The notes under the pieces were generated by a model. That model was not told the origin of the DNA. It did no database searches and saw nothing but the letters and a program-made list of their open reading frames with translations. Source: Microcoleaceae cyanobacterium (lineage in GTDB: Bacteria > Cyanobacteriota > Cyanobacteriia > Cyanobacteriales > Microcoleaceae). From it: DNA of 27,843 nucleotides. Positions 9,538 to 16,871 of this stretch are shown here, piece by piece (the stretch's first letter is position 1; the number at the start of each line of letters is the position of its first letter). The position numbers and the translations under genes are program-made. The stretch spans positions 1 through 27,843 of the forward strand of contig JBOFUV010000033.1 of assembly GCA_051652765.1 (NCBI GenBank). The letters are read 5' to 3'.

Positions 9538-9577
9538 TTACGGAAGCTTTACAGTTAAATTACACAAGATTTACACA
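9538..9577 (+). promoter_or_regulatory. Four 11-bp-phased TTAC(A/G) boxes, putative OmpR/PhoB-family operator
   Basis: TTACG at 9538 and TTACA at 9549, 9560 and 9571. The last two form TTACACA-N4-TTACACA. A -10-like TAAAAT lies at 9607-9612. Confidence 0.55.
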
Positions 9578-9617
9578 AAACGCTATCTCTTTGGAAGTAC
9601 AAACTCTAAAATATTAA

Positions 9618-9755
9618 GTGTAGTGAGGTGTCCAATCTAACTGATGAAGCATCTCACATTTGACTAGGCTCTTTGTTCAGGGTCGTCTACAACTCAATCC
9701 AAGCTTTGTGTTGGGAAATGCAGGGAATTTTTACTTCAAAATTCCCTGTTTCTTT
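9618..9755 (+). ncRNA. Candidate small regulatory RNA
   Basis: Upstream -10-like hexamer, a 5' stem GTGAGGTG/CATCTCAC, and a plus-oriented terminator, all lying between two minus-strand genes with no long ORF. Confidence 0.4.
9721..9755 (+). terminator. Intrinsic terminator
   Basis: Perfect 11-bp stem CAGGGAATTTT / AAAATTCCCTG with a 6-nt loop, followed by TTTCTTT. Confidence 0.75.
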
Positions 9756-9773
9756 GAGGGTTCTCAATCAGAA

Positions 9774-10376
9774 CTACTCCAAAGCTTGTGAACCATGAGC
9801 CCTAGGATCAGTAGATCTTGTATCTACCACATTAACAGGAGCATTAAAGTTGGACGTTCGACCTGTTGCTTGAGCATGAGGCAAGGGTTTTCTTGCAATT
9901 AGCGCCTCTAGATTTTCCTCCATAATATTTCGGGGGATTTCTCCAATCGTTTGAGCAACTGCTTCAGCTTGGGCATTTAAGAACACAAAATGTGGAATAC
10001 CATCAACCCGATAGTCTAGAATCTCTGGCAACCATTTGTTATTATCTACATTTAACATTACAAAGTTCAATTGGTCAGTATATTTCTGCTGAATAGTTTG
10101 CATATCAGAGGTCATTGCTTGACAGGTTGTACACCAGTTTGCATAGAACTCCATCAATGTTGGCTTATGATTGCTGAGGGCAACCTCTAAAGGGGTAGAA
10201 CGTTTAGCTAATTCAGGCAGAGACGTTGATGTCACTTCAGTTCTTAGCCCTAAGAATAGGGCAACACTCAGGGCAATTGACACTAGAGCAATCAGCAAAT
10301 TTCTCAGACGATTTCCAAAGGGAATAGACTGAGAGGATGGCGAAACAGAATTGGAGCTGTTGGAAGGGGGACTCAT
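9774..10376 (-). CDS. txlA: Membrane-anchored thioredoxin-like thiol:disulfide interchange protein (TxlA/HCF164)
   Basis: N-terminal TM helix, EFYANWCTTCQAM, FVMLNVDNNKW, VDGIPHFVFL and a C-terminal DPRAHG. Confidence 0.88.
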   Translation of the reverse strand: MSPPSNSSNSVSPSSQSIPFGNRLRNLLIALVSIALSVALFLGLRTEVTSTSLPELAKRSTPLEVALSNHKPTLMEFYANWCTTCQAMTSDMQTIQQKYTDQLNFVMLNVDNNKWLPEILDYRVDGIPHFVFLNAQAEAVAQTIGEIPRNIMEENLEALIARKPLPHAQATGRTSNFNAPVNVVDTRSTDPRAHGSQALE

Positions 10377-10393
10377 TGCAAGTTGAAGTGGAT

Positions 10394-10471
10394 TTTACAA
10401 AATATTTTTACCAAAAATCTTTACAAAGTGCTTTTATAAACTATCTTTATAAAGTATTCTTACAAATTATC
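10394..10471. repeat. Six degenerate 13-bp tandem repeats (consensus TTTA(C/T)AAAnTATY)
   Basis: TTTACAAAATATT, TTTACCAAAAATC, TTTACAAAGTGCT, TTTATAAACTATC, TTTATAAAGTATT, CTTACAAATTATC. Confidence 0.88.
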
Positions 10472-10611
10472 ACAGAATCTTGGACTGATTGACGACTAAA
10501 ACCCACAGCGATTTTCAAATCAATCAGGGACATCTCGGCCACTCAGGTTCCCCTTTTGAGAGGAATTTAGGAGCATGGCTCTGTGCAGAATTTTTAATCG
10601 AGTTTTTGACG

Positions 10612-11160
10612 ATGAAAAACCACTTGAATACTTTTCTGGCAATTTCCTTGGTTTCATATCTGGTTTGGGTCAGTTTTCCCCCTGCAACCCTAGCCCAATT
10701 CCCTGCAACAATTGACCCAGAATGTCGAACGGCGTTTCGGATAGTCGCAACTACAGAAGGCGAATTGAACCTGAGGAGTCAGCCGGATTACCCCAATTTT
10801 AGGGAAAGCAGCGTTATTCAACCAATCCCCAATGGCACAGAAGTTGTGTTCAATGTCAGCGATCGCAGTGGAGACTGGGCAGAAGTCAGTATTCCAGGGG
10901 GACAAACCGGGTGGGTTGCGGCTCGATACCTGAAATACAGCCACCATGGGTCAACCCAGTTTACGGGCAGAATGCGAGTGAAAACCCTGGATGGAGAGGC
11001 CGTCAACTTCCGATCTCCCGACAATTCTCAAACTGTCATTGGCAGTATTCTGAACAACACAATCATTAAATTCCAGCAAATTCGAGGGTACTATTCCATC
11101 GTTGAGACACCGGACGGTAAATTAGGGCAAATTGATAATCGGTTTTTGATCTGCAACTAG
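10612..11160 (+). CDS. Exported protein with two bacterial SH3 (SH3b) domains
   Basis: Signal peptide MKNH...TLA, then LNLRSQP...GDWAEV...GQTGWVAARYL and a second degenerate VNFRSPD...VIGSI unit. Start moved to the ATG at 10612. Confidence 0.85.
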   Translation: MKNHLNTFLAISLVSYLVWVSFPPATLAQFPATIDPECRTAFRIVATTEGELNLRSQPDYPNFRESSVIQPIPNGTEVVFNVSDRSGDWAEVSIPGGQTGWVAARYLKYSHHGSTQFTGRMRVKTLDGEAVNFRSPDNSQTVIGSILNNTIIKFQQIRGYYSIVETPDGKLGQIDNRFLICN

Positions 11161-11161
11161 C

Positions 11162-11737
11162 CTAGTAATTAGTGGGTACAGCATAACTTTGTTGAGGAGT
11201 CTCTTGATCTAAGGCTACTGTTTCTAAGCCATTTAAGCCTTGACCAATCTCAGCCGGACTGAGGGTTTCATACCGTTCAAAGGGCTGATGAATCCAGGGA
11301 GAATCTGATAAATAGTTCACGTAGTAATCCGGGGCAAAGACAGAACACGATTTGTACCACAAAACGGCTGTTTTAATCTCTTGAATGTCTTGAGCATATT
11401 GAGTTTTCAGCCATAATAAACATTGCTCTAAACTAATCCCAGAATCTACCAGATCATCTACTAAGAGAACATGACTCCCCAAGGTTTCAGTCGTCATTGT
11501 CAAATTCTGGGCCAGTTTAACAGCCCCCCGAACCCGACCTTCTGTCCCTCCATAAGACGCGCTAGACAAAATCGCCAAGGGTTGATCATAGATTCGGGAG
11601 AGGATATCCCCAATTCGCAGGCCCCCTCGAGCAATACAGACGATTTGATTGAATTTCCATTGAGAGCGGTAGAGCTTTGCAGCCAAGGCTTCAATCAGTT
11701 GATGGTAGTCTGACCAAGAGACATAAAGGTCACTCAT
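11162..11737 (-). CDS. Type I phosphoribosyltransferase (xanthine/hypoxanthine-guanine PRT-like)
   Basis: CIARGG, PRPP-binding motif VLLVDDLVDSG, PDYY and WIHQPFE. Confidence 0.92.
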   Translation of the reverse strand: MSDLYVSWSDYHQLIEALAAKLYRSQWKFNQIVCIARGGLRIGDILSRIYDQPLAILSSASYGGTEGRVRGAVKLAQNLTMTTETLGSHVLLVDDLVDSGISLEQCLLWLKTQYAQDIQEIKTAVLWYKSCSVFAPDYYVNYLSDSPWIHQPFERYETLSPAEIGQGLNGLETVALDQETPQQSYAVPTNY

Positions 11738-11918
11738 AGAAAACTCGTCAAATCAGATACAGCTAAAGTTGATTTTGATTGATTCTGTAGACAGTGTAAT
11801 GCTAACGAATTGCAGGAACTGTTCGCAACGGAACAGCTTAGCAGTTAGGATGGAGCTAACCAAAAGTTACATGACTCCCATCAACGATTGGTACAATCTA
11901 GTCTGCTGAATTCAGTTC

Positions 11919-13286
11919 ATGGCCCCTTATCGTTTTTCCTTGATTTTACTTACAGGTGTAACCTTTGCCAGTTGTGTATTTGGCATAGGTCAACCCGTGA
12001 TCTCTATCGTTCCTGAACTTGCTCCTCAAGCGTTACCCTCCCTCCGTACCACTGTAACGCTTGATTTAGCTCAGACCTCAGCCCAGAAAGAGTCAGCCCA
12101 GACCAAAGAGGCTCCGAAAAAAAGGGATCTGAGGAAAGCCTTCGCTAAATTGCCCAAAGGGATGATCCTGCTAGGAGGCGGTGCGTTCATTATTGCCATC
12201 GGGGGAATTTCTGTGCTGCTGCGGTTATTAAACTCGGATGAAGACTTTGCTGAACTAGAACAGATCAACGCAGTCCCAGAGGAAACGTCGGACATCACCT
12301 TAGGCAAAACTCCAAGCCATTCACACCCGGAACCAACACCACCCACCTTAACCCCTGTGACTTGGGCAATACCCGCTCAGGAGCAAAGGCAGCCAGACCT
12401 TCAGATTCAACCCCAACCGGATGTTCAACCCCCTGAAGACCCTCAAACGGTCGTGGCCCCTCAGTTCACAGCAGCCAATCCTCCAAGACAACCCTCTCCG
12501 CCTCACGGCCATCAGGCCACAGCGGATAATGGTTTTAAAGAAACATCCCTGCCAGAGTCAGAGGCAGCATCCCTCAGTCCCGAAGCTCCAGCTAGTGAAA
12601 TCACCCTTCCTGAACAACGTCCCACCCCCCAACTCCCAGATCTCCCAGTTCAGCCGCCTCAAACGCCAATTCACCACACCCCAGTTCAAGCTCAGCAGAT
12701 GCCACCCCTTCAGACCAAAGCTCCACCCCAGCCAGCGTCCCAGTTTTCTCAAACTCCCCCACCTCAGGCTCCCCCACATCAGACTCCCCCAGCCGATGTC
12801 AACCGCTCTCAGGAACTGCTTCTGACCCCGATAGGCTCTCGCCATGATGCAGTTGACCGTATTGAACAACTCATCCTGAGTTTGCAAAGCTCTGATCCCA
12901 CGGTTCGGAGCAAAGTCATTTGGGAATTGGGCCAACAAGCAGACTCTAGAGCCATTCAACCGTTGGTTGATTTGTTAATTAACTCTGACTCTAAACAACG
13001 CAGCTTGATTCTGGCGGCCCTATCTGAAATCGGTACCCGTGCACTCAAACCCATGAATCGTGCCCTCACTTTTTCCTTGCAGGATGAGAACGCCGAAGTC
13101 CGAAAAAATGCAATTCGGGATATAACTCGCATTTATGATCTGATCTTACAGATGACTCAGCTTGTACAGCGAGCAGTTTATGATCCTGACCCAGAGGTGC
13201 AAGCCACTGCCGAATGGGCAATTGATAAGCTCAGTCGAATTCGCCCCCTGCCAAGTCCCATAGATCGACAAGGAAATCGGGAGTAG
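11919..13286 (+). CDS. Membrane protein with Pro/Gln-rich linker and C-terminal HEAT (PBS lyase-like) repeats
   Basis: Two hydrophobic segments, a long P/Q-rich region, and the repeats LQSSDPTVRSKVIWELG, LQDENAEVRKNAI and DPDPEVQATAEWAI. Confidence 0.88.
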   Translation: MAPYRFSLILLTGVTFASCVFGIGQPVISIVPELAPQALPSLRTTVTLDLAQTSAQKESAQTKEAPKKRDLRKAFAKLPKGMILLGGGAFIIAIGGISVLLRLLNSDEDFAELEQINAVPEETSDITLGKTPSHSHPEPTPPTLTPVTWAIPAQEQRQPDLQIQPQPDVQPPEDPQTVVAPQFTAANPPRQPSPPHGHQATADNGFKETSLPESEAASLSPEAPASEITLPEQRPTPQLPDLPVQPPQTPIHHTPVQAQQMPPLQTKAPPQPASQFSQTPPPQAPPHQTPPADVNRSQELLLTPIGSRHDAVDRIEQLILSLQSSDPTVRSKVIWELGQQADSRAIQPLVDLLINSDSKQRSLILAALSEIGTRALKPMNRALTFSLQDENAEVRKNAIRDITRIYDLILQMTQLVQRAVYDPDPEVQATAEWAIDKLSRIRPLPSPIDRQGNRE

Positions 13287-13292
13287 TTGCAG

Positions 13293-14372
13293 ATGCGATC
13301 GCTCAGTCTTCTATTTTTATCTACTCCTGTGGGGCCTCTGGGATCGGGCTTGGGGGGAGGAGTTGAGTTAACTCTATTGAACTGGGTCAGGGTGTTACAA
13401 CAGCGGGGCCATAAGATTACCGTTGTTGCGCCTCAGGGTTCTGTCTTGGAGTCACTGAAATCAACTGTCGTGATCGAGATTCCAGGACAATTACAGGTTG
13501 CGGCCCAAACCCAGGCATGGGACACTCCTATCGTAATGCCCCCTCAGTCGATTTTGGCAGGGATGTGGGAGTATGCCCGCCAGAACCAGACCGAGTATGA
13601 TGTTCTCTTAAATTTTGCCTATGACTGGTTGCCATTTTACTTAACGCCCTTTTTTACTACGCCCATTGCCCATTTTGTCAGTATGGGTTCCCTTTCAGCC
13701 GCAATGGATGCAGCGGTTAAACAGATTGCCACTCAATTTCCAGGTACGGTTGGGGTCTATACCCGCACTCAAGCAGAAACCTTTGAATTATCTCAAGAGA
13801 GTGCCGTCTACCTGGGAAGCGGCATTGATCTGCCCCAGTATGAATTCTGCGCTCACCCCCAACCGGAGTTGGCATGGTTGGGCCGCATTGCCCCAGAAAA
13901 AGGACTGGAAGATGCTGTTGCTGCCGTTCAGAAAACCGGAATTCCCTTGAAAATCATGGGAAAAATTCAGGACGAACCCTACTGGCAACAGATTCTTCAG
14001 ACCTATCCCGATGCACCCATTAACTATTTGGGATTCCTCTCAACCGACCTTATGCAGGCTAACCTGCGTCGATGTCGGGCCTTACTCATGACTCCCCGCT
14101 GGGTAGAAGCCTTTGGCAATGTGGCGATTGAAGCCCTGGCTTGCGGAGTCCCAGTGATTTCCTATGATCGCGGTGGGCCAACGGAAATTATTCGACATGG
14201 GGAGACTGGGTGGTTAGTAAAGCCGGATAGCGTTGTAGGATTGATTGAGGCAATCGAAAAGCTTGACCAGATTGATCGCTTTCGATGTCGTCAACAGGCT
14301 GAAACTGAATTTTCTCTGGAGGTTTGGGGCGATCGCATTGAACGGTGGCTTTTGACTTTTGCGAGACGTTAA
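13293..14372 (+). CDS. Glycosyltransferase family 4 (GT-B)
   Basis: GGGVE, LGRIAPEKG and the EX7E signature EAFGNVAIEALACGVPV. Confidence 0.94.
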   Translation: MRSLSLLFLSTPVGPLGSGLGGGVELTLLNWVRVLQQRGHKITVVAPQGSVLESLKSTVVIEIPGQLQVAAQTQAWDTPIVMPPQSILAGMWEYARQNQTEYDVLLNFAYDWLPFYLTPFFTTPIAHFVSMGSLSAAMDAAVKQIATQFPGTVGVYTRTQAETFELSQESAVYLGSGIDLPQYEFCAHPQPELAWLGRIAPEKGLEDAVAAVQKTGIPLKIMGKIQDEPYWQQILQTYPDAPINYLGFLSTDLMQANLRRCRALLMTPRWVEAFGNVAIEALACGVPVISYDRGGPTEIIRHGETGWLVKPDSVVGLIEAIEKLDQIDRFRCRQQAETEFSLEVWGDRIERWLLTFARR

Positions 14373-14432
14373 TGATAGGAGCCAACAGTTAAGGTCTAAC
14401 AAAGTGTTATTATGCCTGCATGTTGAATCAAA

Positions 14433-14458
14433 CCGTTCTACAAATCCATTCTACAAAT
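14433..14458. repeat. 13-bp tandem duplication overlapping the WYL gene start codon
   Basis: CCGTTCTACAAAT-CCATTCTACAAAT; the ATG is at 14457. Confidence 0.8.
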
Positions 14459-15902
14459 GGCCTCTTACTTTGCCTATGCTCCAACCCCCGAAGTCTTGCA
14501 GTGGCTCGCTGCCGGACGACTGGCTAGTCGGCTCCAGCGGTCAATTCGGCTCTGGGTATTATTAAACTGCTTCTACAGTTCAGAGATTAACTGGGCAAAA
14601 GATCTGCCCCAACCCTTTAACTACTCCGATGTGCGTGATCGCCTATTTGCCTCTACCCATCCTATGAGCGATCGCCTCAGTGCCGAGCAAATCATAGCTT
14701 ATTGCTCTGATCCAGTTTGTCTGTGCCATCGATCCGGGCAAGACTGCATAGAAACAAGCATTTCTCAGCATGAGATGGCAACCTGGCAGCAGGAAGTCAA
14801 ACGATTAACGGCTTGGAATCCTAGGGAGTTGGCCCAACAGTTGCAGGAGTATCCGTTCGCGACCGTGCATCGTACGATTCGAGATGATTTGAAACATTTA
14901 GAGAAAATGGGATGGCTCCAGAAGGTCAAAGCTGGAAGCTATCTCTGTTGTGCTGAATCAGCATGGCCCCAGTTGGCAGCCACGTCAGAGTGTGTTTCAG
15001 GCTTGCCAACTCTGTCTGAGGTTCAGATGGGGCAACTGTTACAAGTATTAGAGTCTGCATCCTTTGTCCAGCCCAGCTTAACTGAAGTTGTCCTCGTCCT
15101 GCGGAAACAACTTCAAGCAGGGCAACCCCTGCTTCAAACCAGTCAATCCACTCAATCTCGAATTTTCATTCATTTAAATTCGATCCTCGCGAGCAGAGTT
15201 CAGAATCGGATTGACTCTTACCAGAGACAATTGGAAGCCCTCTGGCAAACCCCTGATGGGGGGGTCATCCAGTTTGATTCTTGGATTCCCCAGGAAGAGC
15301 GTCGGATTAAATTAACGGTCTATCCTGTCTGCTTACACTATGCTCAACAGGCCAAGTATTTAAGTGCCTATGGGACTGATCCCTATGGGCAGTTTGGCTG
15401 GCATAACTATCGGCTGGATCGAATCATTTCGGAACAGCTCACTGTTCTAAACTGGGACAATGCTAAAACGCCCTCAGACCTGAAAAAACTTTGGCAACAG
15501 AAGAAGTTACCCTCCGTAGCTGAGGTAGACACCAAGCTCAGAGAGGCTTGGGGATTAAATTTTTATTTGTCAAAAGATTTATTGATCCTGCGGTTTGGAG
15601 CAGGGTTTGCCCGCTGGTACATCAACGATACGGAGCACCATCCCACGTTTAAATTGATTCAATATAAGGATTTGCCCCAGCTAATCCAACAGGAAGGAAA
15701 GCTAGAGGAACAAGCTGAACTCTTGAAACGGATTAAAGCCTGCTCTCCCAAGGATTTTTATTATCGAGCTTGGGTGCGGCATGGAGATATGAGTGTGTTA
15801 ATCCAGTTGCGGAGTTGGCGATCGCAAGGAGAAGTCATTGCCCCCTTTTCCCTACGAAAAAAGGTGAGAGAAGAGGCAAGACAAGAACTCTCTAACTATT
15901 AA
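14457..15902 (+). CDS. wHTH-WYL-WCX protein, TIGR03985 (cyanobacterial CRISPR-associated) family-like
   Basis: HTH-like HRTIRDDLKHLEKMGWL, WYL core VYPVCLHY...KYLSAYG...WHNYRLDRI, and WCX-like EVIAPFSLRKKVREE. The N-terminal PTPEVLQWLAAG...LQRSIRLWVLL resembles TIGR03985. Confidence 0.82.
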   Translation: MASYFAYAPTPEVLQWLAAGRLASRLQRSIRLWVLLNCFYSSEINWAKDLPQPFNYSDVRDRLFASTHPMSDRLSAEQIIAYCSDPVCLCHRSGQDCIETSISQHEMATWQQEVKRLTAWNPRELAQQLQEYPFATVHRTIRDDLKHLEKMGWLQKVKAGSYLCCAESAWPQLAATSECVSGLPTLSEVQMGQLLQVLESASFVQPSLTEVVLVLRKQLQAGQPLLQTSQSTQSRIFIHLNSILASRVQNRIDSYQRQLEALWQTPDGGVIQFDSWIPQEERRIKLTVYPVCLHYAQQAKYLSAYGTDPYGQFGWHNYRLDRIISEQLTVLNWDNAKTPSDLKKLWQQKKLPSVAEVDTKLREAWGLNFYLSKDLLILRFGAGFARWYINDTEHHPTFKLIQYKDLPQLIQQEGKLEEQAELLKRIKACSPKDFYYRAWVRHGDMSVLIQLRSWRSQGEVIAPFSLRKKVREEARQELSNY

Positions 15903-15996
15903 AAAGTATTAAAAGGTGGAACTATTTGCGCCATCTTCTATCCTGCCCGTTCTCCCAACGCTTGGCTATGTGCCGGACTCCTGCTGCTTTGACCGA

Positions 15997-16749
15997 TTAG
16001 AAGGGTAGCCCTGGAATCCGTGGTCCTGGAATCGAGGGAATGACGGGTTGGGGAACCCCGTTGGAACCACAGACAAACCCTGGAGGAACAATTCGACTAC
16101 AGGCGGATTGGAGTAAACCTTCACGGGTGATGGGAATAGAAAACCCTGAAAATAACTGACCTGTGAGAATTGACTTCAATTCCTCTGGGGTAATTTCGAT
16201 GATTTCGCCCAAAACACCTGGAAGCAAAGAAATTCTTTGCCCTTCCTTAACGGTTACGGGTTCAATTCCGGGTGACTCAGAGCTGACTTCAACGGCCCCT
16301 TCGATCACCTTGACATTCCCCGAACCCTCCTTGGTTGTTTCCAAAATATAGACCGTTCCTTGAACACCCACAGAGAATCCTGCAATACAGCCATTCACTG
16401 GGCCACTGACCACAATTTCTCCTTGCTGCACCTCAACACACTGACCCACGGTCACCTTGGAGTTGACCCCCATGCGTCCAGCGGCTCCATTGTTAAATTG
16501 CAAGCCCGCACGGGAATTTTCAGTCAATACCAGTTGCCCAAAGTCGGCTTTATCATCGACTTTGGCTTTGGTCTGTTCAATATAGAGTTCATCTCCGTCC
16601 AGAACTTCTTGAACAACAGCTTGGTTAACTTGAGCAACACTTGGGTGTTGGACTCCCGTGATCCATAATGGCAAGAGTAGACCAATCAAACCCAAAAGAA
16701 GGAGGCGTTTGGGCTTGAGATTACTTAGAATAGAGGAAAGTTGCGACAT
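15997..16749 (-). CDS. Exported FecR-domain protein
   Basis: Signal/TM segment and the FecR beta-rich pattern NSRAGLQFNNGAAGRMGVNS...VGVQGTVY...VKVIEGAVEV. Pro-rich tail. Confidence 0.85.
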   Translation of the reverse strand: MSQLSSILSNLKPKRLLLLGLIGLLLPLWITGVQHPSVAQVNQAVVQEVLDGDELYIEQTKAKVDDKADFGQLVLTENSRAGLQFNNGAAGRMGVNSKVTVGQCVEVQQGEIVVSGPVNGCIAGFSVGVQGTVYILETTKEGSGNVKVIEGAVEVSSESPGIEPVTVKEGQRISLLPGVLGEIIEITPEELKSILTGQLFSGFSIPITREGLLQSACSRIVPPGFVCGSNGVPQPVIPSIPGPRIPGLPF

Positions 16750-16871
16750 CTTTACCAATCAAAAAAATTCAATCAAAAAAGTTAAGGGTTTTGTCAGGCC
16801 ACATTGGAATAAAGGGGTAATGGGTTGCATTTTGCGCCAAACTCAGACTAATTTACCCGTTGTGAGATCCT

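Noticed and set aside
10489..10611. N-terminal extension of the SH3 protein from a TTG start
   Set aside because: The signal peptide begins at the ATG at 10612, so the extension is probably untranslated.
12071..12959. Several overlapping ORFs in the HEAT gene
   Set aside because: Artefacts of low-complexity Pro/Gln codons that have few stops in the other frames.
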